Source: Candidatus Latescibacterota bacterium (GTDB taxonomy: Bacteria > Latescibacterota > UBA2968 > GCA-2709665). Taken from it: a stretch of 64,000 nucleotides of DNA. The stretch lies in contig OZ252100.1 of the NCBI GenBank assembly GCA_965248435.1, positions 2,880,001 to 2,944,000 on the forward strand. The letters are read 5' to 3'. Positions 1 to 10,804 of the stretch are shown piece after piece (within the stretch, counting starts at the first letter, position 1; the number at the start of each line of letters is the position of its first letter). Under the pieces are notes generated by a model, which saw only the letters and a list, made by a program, of their open reading frames with translations, did not search any database and was not told the DNA's origin. The translations under genes were made by a program, and so were the position numbers.

Positions 1-2
1 CC

Positions 3-776
3 CCGGATGCGCTGCTTTCCGCCGGCCAGGTCCTGGCCTATCACCGCGCCCCGTGGCAGGAGCCAAGCGTCCCGTGTTCCTTCGCGGTTCTCCACGAAGA
101 TGACCATATCCTTGCTGTGGCCAAACCTTCCGGACTCCCGGTCCTCCCCGGCGGCCACCACCTCGAAAACACACTGTTGTCCCTTGTTCGAAACCGCTAC
201 AGGGATCGGCCTCCTCCCTCACCCCTCCATCGTCTGGGACGAGGAACGTCCGGAATCATCCTCTTCGCATCTACACCTCTGGCAAAACGGTCCCTGTCGA
301 AGGACCTTAGCGAAGGCCGCGTCACAAAAATTTATCGGACACTGGTACGTGGGATCCCCGTGAGCGAAACGTTTTCGATAAAGACACCCATTGGCAGAAT
401 CTCTCACCCCGGAATCGGCTACCTCTATGCCGCTGCTCCCGAAGGCCGACCTTCGCACACGGAATGTCGGGTGCTTCACCGCGATCTGGAGAAACATCGC
501 ACACTGCTCGAAGTCCACATCCTGACGGGCCGCCCCCATCAGATCCGCATACACCTCGCGGCGGCAGGATATCCCCTCGTAGGAGATCCCCTCTACGGAC
601 CCGGCGGACGTCCCATCGATTCGGAACCAGACCAGAGGCGGCCCTTGCCGGGAGACTGCGGCTATCATCTCCACGCCCACCAGGTCTGTTTCACTCACCC
701 TGCCGAACAACGTCCCGTCACCCTCAGCTGTTCACCCCCTCCACTTCTACGCACCGCTCAGGAACTTCCGTCCTGA
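3..776 (+). CDS. RluA-family pseudouridine synthase (5' end outside window)
   Basis: Frame open from position 3 (LHEDDHILAVAKPSGLPV). Motifs HRLGRGTSG, GRPHQIRIHLA and PLVGDPLYG. The catalytic HRLD motif reads HRLG. Confidence 0.85.
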   Translation, partial: PDALLSAGQVLAYHRAPWQEPSVPCSFAVLHEDDHILAVAKPSGLPVLPGGHHLENTLLSLVRNRYRDRPPPSPLHRLGRGTSGIILFASTPLAKRSLSKDLSEGRVTKIYRTLVRGIPVSETFSIKTPIGRISHPGIGYLYAAAPEGRPSHTECRVLHRDLEKHRTLLEVHILTGRPHQIRIHLAAAGYPLVGDPLYGPGGRPIDSEPDQRRPLPGDCGYHLHAHQVCFTHPAEQRPVTLSCSPPPLLRTAQELPS

Positions 777-790
777 GATCTTGCCTCCTC

Positions 791-1738
791 ATGCCCAAGC
801 CCAAAGCAGAGAGATATCGATTCAAACTGGGGATGTCGATCCACGAACTCCGGATGCCCCTGGAAGATGCGCTGGCGCTCGCCAAAGACCTCGGAATGGA
901 ATATGTCCGCTTCAACCGGCTGCAGTGGGAACCGGAGATCGCAGATCTCACCGACGAGGAAATCGACAACCTGGGAAATCGCATCGCGCGGTTCGGACTC
1001 AAACTCCATTCCATCAGCCCTGGCGCTCCCTTTAAGGAAATCCATCTCTCCAACTTGAACCTGGAGACACTTCAGGACGATCCATCTTTTCGAGAAGCGT
1101 TCTGTGACCTCGTCAAAGCCATGAAAATCGCAAGGAGGTTAGGCGTCAGGGCAGTGGAGGCTTTTACGTTCGCCTGGCCCGGGGAGTATTCGGCCGGGAA
1201 GCCGACCTGGCCGATGCGTTGGCAAACCCGTGGGGGGATCATCTCAGAAGTCGACCTGGAGAAGCTGGCCAAAGCCTTTAGCCTCGTCCTGGAGCAGGCG
1301 GAACACTACGACTTAGACATCGTGCTTTCCCAGATGGCCTGGAATTACACGAACACGACGACCAATTTCAAAGTCCTGGCGGAGCGTCTCGGGTCTCAGA
1401 GAATCAAAGTCAGATGGGGACCTGCGGACAATCTGAACTGTGGAGAGTGGGACGTCTCAACGGCGGGCTTCCGCAACGTGCTGCCTTACCTTCACAGCCT
1501 TCACATCAAAGACCTGCACGTCACGGATGGGATTCGTTGCAAGTTTGACTACAGAGCGATCGGAGAAGGGGACGTCGACTATTTGACGATTCTCCGGAAC
1601 TTGCGCAACGAGCGTTGCGACGCACTACTTGCGGTGGCCACGCACTTCCTTCCGCCCGGAGGATCGGCAGAAGATGCGATGAGAATCAACGTTTCCAACC
1701 TGAAGTCGCTCATAGCGCAGGCGGAGAAGTCGGAATGA
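791..1738 (+). CDS. Sugar-phosphate isomerase/epimerase (xylose isomerase-like TIM barrel)
   Basis: ATG at 791, just after the rluA stop. Motifs LHIKD and IGEGDVDY. Paralog of 5953-6873. Confidence 0.8.
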   Translation: MPKPKAERYRFKLGMSIHELRMPLEDALALAKDLGMEYVRFNRLQWEPEIADLTDEEIDNLGNRIARFGLKLHSISPGAPFKEIHLSNLNLETLQDDPSFREAFCDLVKAMKIARRLGVRAVEAFTFAWPGEYSAGKPTWPMRWQTRGGIISEVDLEKLAKAFSLVLEQAEHYDLDIVLSQMAWNYTNTTTNFKVLAERLGSQRIKVRWGPADNLNCGEWDVSTAGFRNVLPYLHSLHIKDLHVTDGIRCKFDYRAIGEGDVDYLTILRNLRNERCDALLAVATHFLPPGGSAEDAMRINVSNLKSLIAQAEKSE

Positions 1739-1786
1739 TCACGTGCGGAGGTCACCGTCACCGGACAAAAACAGCCGGCCCTGTCT

Positions 1787-2212
1787 TTAGAATTCTATCC
1801 TCAAGCGTAATTTCAACTTCTGCTGCGCTTCCGAAGGTCCAACTTCAACATCTGCCCACTCCACAGCGTCCAGATGTGCATCCACATAGGCGTCCACCAC
1901 GCTGTAGAAGAGAGTACCCAACATCGCGATCAGAGCCAGGTTGCGATCGGATGTGGAACGTCCTTCATCGTCCTTGAATCTGTCGACAAAAAAGGCAGCA
2001 GCAGAGCCCACTTCTGCCGCGGCGATCGCACTTCCCTTGATCACGCGTTGGTTGTAAAACTGGCCCCAGCCCGGCAGGGCAAGCGACCGCAGCATCGCCC
2101 CGGTTGGAGATCTATCTTGCCGCGCCGTGTCCGCCTGCGCAGATCCCGCCTCCTGTGCCCAGGTCTCGCTCACAGAAAACAGCACCGAAATGACGACCAG
2201 AATCTTCAGCAA
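1787..2212 (-). CDS. DUF5683-like membrane/secreted protein
   Basis: Signal peptide; RSPTGAMLRSLALPGWGQFYN and YSVVDAYVDAHL motifs. Confidence 0.75.
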   Translation of the reverse strand: MLKILVVISVLFSVSETWAQEAGSAQADTARQDRSPTGAMLRSLALPGWGQFYNQRVIKGSAIAAAEVGSAAAFFVDRFKDDEGRSTSDRNLALIAMLGTLFYSVVDAYVDAHLDAVEWADVEVGPSEAQQKLKLRLRIEF

Positions 2213-2310
2213 TCTTCCATTCCGCGAGATACTGTCCTCTTATTCAGCAAATGAAGTCCAGCGTTTCCCGAGCCCCGGCACCCGTGCTTTTCTTTCCCTG
2301 CACCCGGCTA

Positions 2311-3258
2311 TCAAGTTTTCTCCATTAGCAGCCGAACCGCACCCATAATACCTGCATCATCTCCCAGTTCAGCCTTGACGATCCTTACAGACTCCTTGAC
2401 GCCCGTCGCTCCGCGTTCCATCAAGGTTCGACGCGCTGGGTCCAGGATGCGTGCCCCGGCCAATGCAAGGCCGCCGGCGAGCGCGACCACGTCTACATTC
2501 ATCACGCTCACGAGGTTCACCACACCTACGCCCAGAAAAAAGCCTGTCTCCTCCAGAATTGTCGTCGCAAAGGCGTCACCCGCTTCCGCTGCTTCCGCAA
2601 TCACTTTCGTCGTCAAACCTTCGGCATCTAGACTCGTTTCGACACCTCCTTCGGCGAGTCGTGCTCGAGCCCGTCGCACGACCGCGGGGGCGGAGACATA
2701 CATCTCGAGGCATCCATAATTCCCACAGCTGCAGCGGGGGCCGTTCAGATCTATCGACATGTGACCCACTTCTGCCGCGTTCCCGTTGAACCCGCGCATC
2801 AATGCGCCGTTTACCACCCAACCCCCACCGACTCCGGTGCCCAGCGTGATACACAGGAAGTGGTCGATGCCCTGCCCGACCCCCTTCCACTGTTCCCCAA
2901 GGGCAGCGACGTTGGCATCGTTGTCTACCGCCACTGGCAGCTCCAGAATCTCCTCCATTCGCTCTCTCAGCCGGAAACCGCGCATGCAGGGCAGGTTCAC
3001 CGGAGAGATGATCACCCCATCGAAGGGGTCCAGCGGACCCGGAGAACCGACGCCAACCCCCCGGACATCGGAGAGCGCGAACCCACCCGCCTTCGCCGCT
3101 TCTTTTGCGCAAGCGACGATGCCCTCGACGACCCCATCACTTCCTAAGTCGAGCCGCGTCGGGCATCGGTGGCGGCCAATGATCTCTCCTTCTTCGGTCA
3201 CGAGACCGGCTCGCGTATTCGTGCCCCCCAGATCCACGCCGATCTTCAGCTGGCTCAT
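2311..3258 (-). CDS. ROK family sugar kinase (glucokinase-like)
   Basis: GVDLGGTN, DNDANVAALGE, LGTGVGGG, EVGHM, CSCGNYGCLE. Confidence 0.92.
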   Translation of the reverse strand: MSQLKIGVDLGGTNTRAGLVTEEGEIIGRHRCPTRLDLGSDGVVEGIVACAKEAAKAGGFALSDVRGVGVGSPGPLDPFDGVIISPVNLPCMRGFRLRERMEEILELPVAVDNDANVAALGEQWKGVGQGIDHFLCITLGTGVGGGWVVNGALMRGFNGNAAEVGHMSIDLNGPRCSCGNYGCLEMYVSAPAVVRRARARLAEGGVETSLDAEGLTTKVIAEAAEAGDAFATTILEETGFFLGVGVVNLVSVMNVDVVALAGGLALAGARILDPARRTLMERGATGVKESVRIVKAELGDDAGIMGAVRLLMEKT

Positions 3259-3896
3259 GCGCCTTCTCGTGCCTTGCGTACCGCCTCAACGAAACCGCTC
3301 GCCGTCTCCGTCAGTTTCTTCCAATCCCGGTTGGCGACCGCGGCCTTGTCCACCATGGCGCTCCCCGCCCCAACGGCGCACGCACCCGCCTTGATGAACT
3401 CGGGTGTCGTCTTGATGTCAACACCCCCCGTTGGCATCAGGCGAACCTGAGGAAGGGGTCCCTTGATATCCTTGAAATAGGAGGGTCCGCCTGCTGAGGC
3501 GGGAAAGACTTTCACGACATCCGCTCCGGCCTGCCACGCCGCCAGAATCTCTGTCGGGGTGAATGCCCCGGGCATCACAACTTTGCCGTAGCGTTTGGCC
3601 ATCTGAATCACGTCCAGGTTCAAAATCGGACTCACGACGTACTCCGCGCCCGCCAGGATCGCCGACCGGGCCGTCTCCGGGTCCAGCACAGAACCCACGC
3701 CAACGATCGTATCCTGCATCTGCGACGCTGCCTCTTCGATCAGCTTCAACGCCCCCGGTACGGTCATCGTCACCTCGATGGCCACCACCCCGCCTTCCCG
3801 CAGCGCCTTCGAAACGTCGAGCAACTCTGAGGATGAGTCGGCGCGGAGCACAGCGACCACGCCGCAATCCAGTATCCGATCCAGCACGCCAGGCAT
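3255..3896 (-). CDS. eda: KDPG/KHG aldolase
   Basis: VVAVLR, IEVTM, VGVGSVL, TPTEI, VKVFPA, LMPTGGV. ATG at 3896 with a GGAGG SD. Confidence 0.93.
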   Translation of the reverse strand: MPGVLDRILDCGVVAVLRADSSSELLDVSKALREGGVVAIEVTMTVPGALKLIEEAASQMQDTIVGVGSVLDPETARSAILAGAEYVVSPILNLDVIQMAKRYGKVVMPGAFTPTEILAAWQAGADVVKVFPASAGGPSYFKDIKGPLPQVRLMPTGGVDIKTTPEFIKAGACAVGAGSAMVDKAAVANRDWKKLTETASGFVEAVRKAREGA

Positions 3897-3993
3897 CTCC
3901 TTACCTCCCCCTAGAAAGAATGCCCGGAACGTTCCGAGCATTCTGTACGACGCTTGCACAGGAGTCGTGATTCCCGCGCTTCGCAGCTGCTTC

Positions 3994-5037
3994 CTATCGA
4001 CGGATCCGCGCCCCACCGCCTTTCATCGCCGCTTCCGCCTCAGCCCGCGTCGCCCAGTTCACATCCCCGGGAAAGGTATGTGCCAGGGCTGAATACGCCC
4101 CGGCAAAATCAACGATGGCTTGCGGACCCTTCTCGTCGAGCAGTCCGGAGATCACGCCGGCCGAAAAATTGTCTCCACCGCCCACACGGTCCACGATCTC
4201 CAGGTCCTCATACACGCGGGACAGATAAAACGCCTCCGAGTCGAACAGCAGCGTCCTCCAGTCGTTCAAAAGCCCGGTCTTCGCCACCCGCAGTGTCGTC
4301 CCCACATATTCGACATTCGGATAGGCCTCCACCGCACGCCGCGCGACCCCCTTGTAGCCCTCAGGATCGAGCGCGCTGTAATCCTCCGAAGCCCCCTCGG
4401 CCCTCAACCCCAGAACCTTTTCGAAGTCCTCCTCGTTCCCGATCAAGACCTTCACCAACGGCATGAACTGCTTCGTCGTCTCCTGCGCTTTTTCCGAGGT
4501 CCACAACTTCGAACGAAAGTTCAGGTCGTAGCTCGTCGTCACGCCTGCCGCATCGGCGGCCTTCAGTGCTTCCAAGGTCGTTGCCGAAGCGCCATCCGAT
4601 AGCGCCGGCGTGATCCCGCTTACGTGAAACCAGCGTGTTTTCGCGAAGACCGCTTTCCAATTCATCATCCCTGGTTTGATGTTGGAGATGGCCGAATGTC
4701 CACGGTCATACGTCACCGCACTCGCGCGTGGTCCCACGCCCACCTCGACGTGATTAAACCCGTTTCGCTCCATGCCGATGCCGTCGAACGGCACCCAGAC
4801 GATGTTCGACATATCAATCCCGTGCTCGCGGCCTTTGTTTCGGATCAGCCACCCCGACCAGTTGTCAACCAGCCGCGAGACCCAGGCCGTCTTGAGATCC
4901 AGATGCGCGCAGCCAACGGCAACGTTGTACTCTCCACCGCCGACCTCTACATCCAGACGAGTTGCGTGCTCCAACCGCCGGTACTCCGGCGGCGACAGCC
5001 TCACCATCGCCTCGCCAAATGTCACCACGTCATACAT
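3994..5037 (-). CDS. kdgK: 2-keto-3-deoxygluconate kinase (PfkB family)
   Basis: VVTFGEAMVRL, GGGEYNVA, YDLNFRSKLW, VDRVGGGDNF; adjacent to eda. Confidence 0.88.
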   Translation of the reverse strand: MYDVVTFGEAMVRLSPPEYRRLEHATRLDVEVGGGEYNVAVGCAHLDLKTAWVSRLVDNWSGWLIRNKGREHGIDMSNIVWVPFDGIGMERNGFNHVEVGVGPRASAVTYDRGHSAISNIKPGMMNWKAVFAKTRWFHVSGITPALSDGASATTLEALKAADAAGVTTSYDLNFRSKLWTSEKAQETTKQFMPLVKVLIGNEEDFEKVLGLRAEGASEDYSALDPEGYKGVARRAVEAYPNVEYVGTTLRVAKTGLLNDWRTLLFDSEAFYLSRVYEDLEIVDRVGGGDNFSAGVISGLLDEKGPQAIVDFAGAYSALAHTFPGDVNWATRAEAEAAMKGGGARIRR

Positions 5038-5130
5038 GTCGTGCGATTCCTTTGCCGAACATCTTCAGGATCTTGCCTAAATTGTCTGTGCTTTCTGCCT
5101 TTCTGCGGTGATCCATGCCCTTCAATCGGA

Positions 5131-5199
5131 AATCCCAAATCCGCAGTTGAATTTACGGTACCCGGTACCCGTGTTTTGGTTTCCCGATACCCGGTCTTT
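5131..5199. repeat. Dispersed intergenic repeat, copy 1
   Basis: AATCCCAAATCCGCA (5131-5145) is identical to 22232-22246; 5161-5199 matches 22267-22305 at 35/39. Confidence 0.75.
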
Positions 5200-5213
5200 A
5201 CGAACGACGGCCT

Positions 5214-5909
5214 TCAATCATCACGTCCACCGAGAATCCCGGACAGGATCAACAGCCTCAAAAGGTGAAGTATCGCCACGAGCGCCGAGGCGACGTACGT
5301 CCAGGCCGCCGCATTCAACACCTTCTGGGCCGCAGGCACCTCTTGCTCGGTGAGATATCCACCTTCTCTCAGGATCTTGATGGCCCGGCTGCTCGCGTTG
5401 AACTCCACCGGGAGGGTCACCAATCCGAAGAAGACAGCGAACGAGAAAAAGAGGATCCCGAGTTCAACAAGCATTCCGGATTGGAAGATGAACCCGATGA
5501 AGAAAAGGGGCATGCCCAGCCAGGATCCGAAATTCGCGACCGGCACGATGTTCGTACGAAGCGACAGAGGGAAATACCCCCGGGCGTGCTGGAGTGCGTG
5601 CCCCGCCTCGTGAGCCGCCACGCCGATCGCTGCAAGCGATTCGGATCCGTAAGTGCTGTCAGAAAGACGCAGGATCTGATCCTTTGGATCATAATGATCG
5701 CTCAGGTCGCCACTCACGTGCTCTACTTTCACCGGCACCTGCATTCGGTCCAGAATGTCCCGTGCGACCTCATCGGCGGTTTTCCCCGAGCGGGCCCCGT
5801 ACTGGCTGAACTTGGAAAATGTGGACTTCACCCTGAACTGCGCCCACACGGCCAGGATGAACCCGGGGATCACCAGCATCATCGTGGGGTCGAAAAAGAA
5901 CGGAAACAT
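5214..5909 (-). CDS. Membrane zinc metallopeptidase (YugP / Zn_peptidase_2)
   Basis: LSDHYDP, VAAHEAGHALQH (HExxH), TLPVEFNASSRA, AAAWTYVA. Confidence 0.92.
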   Translation of the reverse strand: MFPFFFDPTMMLVIPGFILAVWAQFRVKSTFSKFSQYGARSGKTADEVARDILDRMQVPVKVEHVSGDLSDHYDPKDQILRLSDSTYGSESLAAIGVAAHEAGHALQHARGYFPLSLRTNIVPVANFGSWLGMPLFFIGFIFQSGMLVELGILFFSFAVFFGLVTLPVEFNASSRAIKILREGGYLTEQEVPAAQKVLNAAAWTYVASALVAILHLLRLLILSGILGGRDD

Positions 5910-5952
5910 AACGTGCAGCCTCCTGAAACAATAATTTACCTACACGACGTCT

Positions 5953-6873
5953 CTAAAGCGCATCGATCAGGCGACGAAGGTTGGCGTAGTTGATCCGCAT
6001 CGCCTCCTCTGCAGATCCGCTCGGCGGCAGAAAATGGGTAGAAAGCGACAGCACGACGTCGCTCTGATGGTCCCGAAGCGTACGAAAGATGGTAGGGTAG
6101 TCTACATCCCCTTCGCCGATCGGACAGTATTCGAAATCGTTCCGAAGCCCGTCGATCACCCGGAGGTCCTTTAAATGAAGTCCGTGCAGGTAGGGGCTTA
6201 CATTATCGAAGCCAGAGGTCGCGACATCCCGCTCGCCGCTGTTCCAGTTGTCGGACGGACCCCACATCACCTTGATCCGTCTGGATCCAAGGCGCTCCGC
6301 GAGTTGGCGAAAATTGCCCGTTGTGTTCGTGAAATTCCAGGGCATCATACCGAGGGCAAGATTCACGTCATACTGCTCCGCCTCCTCCAATACCCTTGAA
6401 AATATCACGACCAACTTGTCCATATCGCTGTCGGTAATCACGCCGCCTCGCGTCAGCCAGCGCATCGGCCACGTCGGCTTTCCCCCGATATATTCTCCCG
6501 GCCACGCGAAGGTGAAAGTGCTTACCGTCGATACTCCGAGCCGTTTGGCGATCTGCATCGCCCGGGTCAGCTCCTTAAGTTCCCGAACAAAGTCGGGGTG
6601 CTCATCCAGGCGCTCGGTGTCCAGGTCGCACAAGTGGACCTTCTTGAACGATCCGCTGGCGCCGACAGCGAAGATTTCGAGATCGTGTTCAGCGCTGAGC
6701 TCAGCCACGCGATCCGCTTCCTGATCTGTCATCTCGACCATGGGCGAATCGCCGGGCAGACGGTCATACCAAACACTGTCCGCTCCGATTTCAGCCGCTT
6801 TTGCCATGGCAGCCTCAAGGGGGAGCCTGAGTTCTCCGAGGTACATCCCGATCTTGAACGGGGTGTCAGACAC
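5953..6873 (-). CDS. Sugar-phosphate isomerase/epimerase (TIM barrel), paralog of 791-1738
   Basis: Probable GTG start at 6873. Shares FTFAWPGEYxxGKPTWPMRWxTRGG and IGEGDVDY with 791-1738. Confidence 0.8.
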   Translation of the reverse strand: MSDTPFKIGMYLGELRLPLEAAMAKAAEIGADSVWYDRLPGDSPMVEMTDQEADRVAELSAEHDLEIFAVGASGSFKKVHLCDLDTERLDEHPDFVRELKELTRAMQIAKRLGVSTVSTFTFAWPGEYIGGKPTWPMRWLTRGGVITDSDMDKLVVIFSRVLEEAEQYDVNLALGMMPWNFTNTTGNFRQLAERLGSRRIKVMWGPSDNWNSGERDVATSGFDNVSPYLHGLHLKDLRVIDGLRNDFEYCPIGEGDVDYPTIFRTLRDHQSDVVLSLSTHFLPPSGSAEEAMRINYANLRRLIDAL

Positions 6874-6889
6874 TATGCGTTCCTCTTTT

Positions 6890-7843
6890 TCATAGATCCG
6901 CTGCCTCGTTTCCGTTCGCCCTTCCCATTCGCTCACCGGGTGAAATCTGCTGGCCGCGAACGAACGCATCGCCGCTCATCCTTCGCTTTCCCGACGGCTG
7001 GACTTCCTCCAGACGGAGCGAACCCGCTCCTGCGGCCACGACGATCCCTTCTCCAGCATCCGCGAACAAGACCTCCCCGGGGGCCCCGCCCTCAGCACGA
7101 ACAGCCGCCCGATGTACCTTCAACACCCCTCCGCTCCAATCTGTAAACGCACCCGGAATCGGGTTCGTCCCCCGGATCAGGTTCCGAATCGACACCGCGT
7201 CCTGGTGCCAATCGATCCTCGCATCCTCCCGCTCCAGCTTGGGAGCGCGACTCACGCCGACCTCCGTCTGAGGTCTGGGGGTCACCTGACCCGTCGCGAG
7301 CCCATCAACGGTCTCCAGAACGACGTCCGCCCCTAGAAGCTTCAACCGGTCGTGAAGTCCCCCATACGTCTCATCCGCATCGATCCGGACTCGACGCTGA
7401 ATCAGGATGTCGCCGGCGTCCACTTTAGACCGTAGTATAAATGTAGTTAGCCCGGTTTCCCTTTCACCCCGGATGATCGCCCACTGCATCGGCGCGGCGC
7501 CGCGGTACCCTGGCAGCAGAGAAGGGTGAAGGTTGACAGAACCCAGCTTCGGGATTTCGAGAATCGACCTTGGGAGAATTACGAAGGCCACCACCACGAA
7601 AAGATCTGCATTCAGCTTTCGCAGTGACGCGAGAAATGTTGGATCGTCGAGCGACTCAGGCTGCTGCACCGTCAGGCCCATCTTCACTGCTGCCTCTTTG
7701 ACCGGAGGGGAAGTCACCTCGAGTCCGCGTCCCTTTCGGCGATCCGGCCTCGAGACCACCCAGGCAAGGTCGTGTGGACTCTGCCCAAGTCGCTCCAGCG
7801 AGGGGACCGCAAAGTCGGGCGTTCCCATAAACACCAGTCTCAA
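6890..7843 (-). CDS. fmt: Methionyl-tRNA formyltransferase
   Basis: LRLVFMGTPDFAVPSL, NLHPSLLPGYRGAAP, VDAGDIL. TTG start with a GGAGG SD. Confidence 0.95.
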   Translation of the reverse strand: MRLVFMGTPDFAVPSLERLGQSPHDLAWVVSRPDRRKGRGLEVTSPPVKEAAVKMGLTVQQPESLDDPTFLASLRKLNADLFVVVAFVILPRSILEIPKLGSVNLHPSLLPGYRGAAPMQWAIIRGERETGLTTFILRSKVDAGDILIQRRVRIDADETYGGLHDRLKLLGADVVLETVDGLATGQVTPRPQTEVGVSRAPKLEREDARIDWHQDAVSIRNLIRGTNPIPGAFTDWSGGVLKVHRAAVRAEGGAPGEVLFADAGEGIVVAAGAGSLRLEEVQPSGKRRMSGDAFVRGQQISPGERMGRANGNEAADL

Positions 7844-7862
7844 TGCCCGAAGCCCACCTCCT

Positions 7863-8189
7863 TCACGATTTCTTTTCGGCCACCTGCGAGACCGATCCCC
7901 GAGAAACCTCGATCCTGACATCCTTGGCGACCTGCACGACCAGGATGCCCTCCTTCTCTTTTATACCCACAATCGTGCCGTGGACGCCACCCGAGGTAAC
8001 GATTCGATCTCCCTTTTTCAGAGCATCGACCATGGCCTGTTGCTGCTTCTGCTTCTTGTGCTGGGGGCGAATGATCAAGACATAGATCACGACAAACATC
8101 AGGATAAAAGGGAACATGCCCAGGATGCCGGAGGTCCCTCCTGACCCAGGTTCCCCACCCATAGCAAGAACGTCTTGAACTCCGAACAA
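7863..8189 (-). CDS. yajC: Preprotein translocase subunit YajC
   Basis: IRPQHKKQK and LKKGDRIVTSGGVHG; downstream of tgt; AAGGAGG SD before TTG. Confidence 0.95.
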   Translation of the reverse strand: MFGVQDVLAMGGEPGSGGTSGILGMFPFILMFVVIYVLIIRPQHKKQKQQQAMVDALKKGDRIVTSGGVHGTIVGIKEKEGILVVQVAKDVRIEVSRGSVSQVAEKKS

Positions 8190-8219
8190 AACACCCTCCT
8201 TATCGCGTTCTACCGAACG

Positions 8220-9416
<1,197 letters not shown>

Positions 9417-9429
9417 CTATACCCAAGCA

Positions 9430-9458
9430 AATATACCAACCGAAAAAAATCAAGTCAA
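9430..9458 (-). promoter_or_regulatory. Sigma-70 promoter of tgt-yajC-fmt
   Basis: TTGACT-17 nt-TATATT with extended -10 TG. Confidence 0.7.
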
Positions 9459-9463
9459 GATCG

Positions 9464-10690
9464 CTACCTCACCGCCTGCTTTGCCGTAACAAAGACGAAC
9501 CCCTGTTTGCGCAGTTCCGGCATCATTCGCTGCAGCGCGTAAAGCGTCGGGGCCTTGGCGTGTCCGATGCCGATGACGGTGCCTTCCTGCCTCGCCTGCT
9601 TTGCCAGCTTCATCACGGCATCTTCCACGGCCGGAACTTCTTCTACGAGGTCTACGAAGCGCGTATTTCGAGCGCAGGAAAGCCCCATCTCGCGAGCGAC
9701 ATCATACGCGACAGACTTTGGAGACGTCACACTATCCACGAAGTAAAAATCCCGCTGTCTTGCCTCGGCCAGCACGTAGCTCATCGCAAGCGCATCCTGG
9801 GTCAGGCGTGAACCCATATGATTGTTGAACCCGGCAGCGTGCGGTACCGCCCCTAGGGCCTGGCGGGTAATCTGACGTACCCTTTGCTCCGAATAATCCA
9901 GAAAGATGGCGTCGGGCCCAGGATTGCGTGTCGGATAATCGATCGGCTCCATGGGCAGGTGAATCATCACGCTGTGTCCCCCTGCTACCGCCTGTTCGGC
10001 GATCCATTCCGCCTTTTCGCCTCCAGGAAAAATCGACAGGGTCAAGGGTTCATCGAGTTGACAGAACCCCTCGATGAGATCCTCGGACTGGTTTCCGAAA
10101 TCATCAACGATAATCGCGATGCGGCCCGCCGTACGCTTGATATTCGGGTTCCGCCGAAGCGTGACCAGATTTGTCCCCTCCCCGTCAAACCCCAGGAGCA
10201 TCGAGAGGGTCCGACCTGAAAGGTCCACTCTGGCATCAAGAACGGCCCCCCCGAACCGTTTCGCCATCAGAGAGATCTCCAGGTTGCATACGGTCAGTGG
10301 CAGGTCACTCGGAACATCGGAGGAGATCTCCCACCGCATCTCGCTCCCCCTCTGGTCGGGAAGTCGGCTGGAAGTAACCTCACCCTCAGGCACCCCCAGA
10401 CCCGCCAACACGTCCGGAGCCCGCACCGCTAAAGAGTCCGCGAACGATGCAGGCGTCAGATGCAGCGGCTTTATATGCTGAATCACTTCGGGCAATTCGG
10501 ACACGTCGCGGGCCGGTGCCCAGACCCAGATCGCCAACCCGCCAGCCACCACGATCAGCGCTGAGATCAATGACCAGGCAGGGACGGTCGTGTCGCGACG
10601 CTTTCGAGCCATCTGTTTCGCAGGGCGCGAAGCAGATCTCGAAGATGTGCGCCGACGCGCCTTGCCTCGACGTGTTCCTAGGAAGATCAT
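9464..10690 (-). CDS. Divergent polysaccharide deacetylase family (YibQ-like) with N-terminal membrane anchor
   Basis: IAIIVDDFG, HLPMEP, NNHMGS, FVDS, IGIGH. Start uncertain (10612 possible). Confidence 0.88.
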   Translation of the reverse strand: MIFLGTRRGKARRRTSSRSASRPAKQMARKRRDTTVPAWSLISALIVVAGGLAIWVWAPARDVSELPEVIQHIKPLHLTPASFADSLAVRAPDVLAGLGVPEGEVTSSRLPDQRGSEMRWEISSDVPSDLPLTVCNLEISLMAKRFGGAVLDARVDLSGRTLSMLLGFDGEGTNLVTLRRNPNIKRTAGRIAIIVDDFGNQSEDLIEGFCQLDEPLTLSIFPGGEKAEWIAEQAVAGGHSVMIHLPMEPIDYPTRNPGPDAIFLDYSEQRVRQITRQALGAVPHAAGFNNHMGSRLTQDALAMSYVLAEARQRDFYFVDSVTSPKSVAYDVAREMGLSCARNTRFVDLVEEVPAVEDAVMKLAKQARQEGTVIGIGHAKAPTLYALQRMMPELRKQGFVFVTAKQAVR

Positions 10691-10804
10691 TGCGAAAAGC
10701 GTCGCTCCAATTTCACTTGGAAAGAAACAGGGGGAGGGGGAGTTCGGTTCGAAAAATCAGCCGTGAGGGGATTCACGACGTCGATTCGGGAGACAGAATC
10801 TGGT

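Noticed and set aside
464-790. N-terminal extension of ORF 464-1738
   Set aside because: Overlaps the rluA-family gene in another frame with low-complexity R/P/S sequence; the real start is ATG 791.
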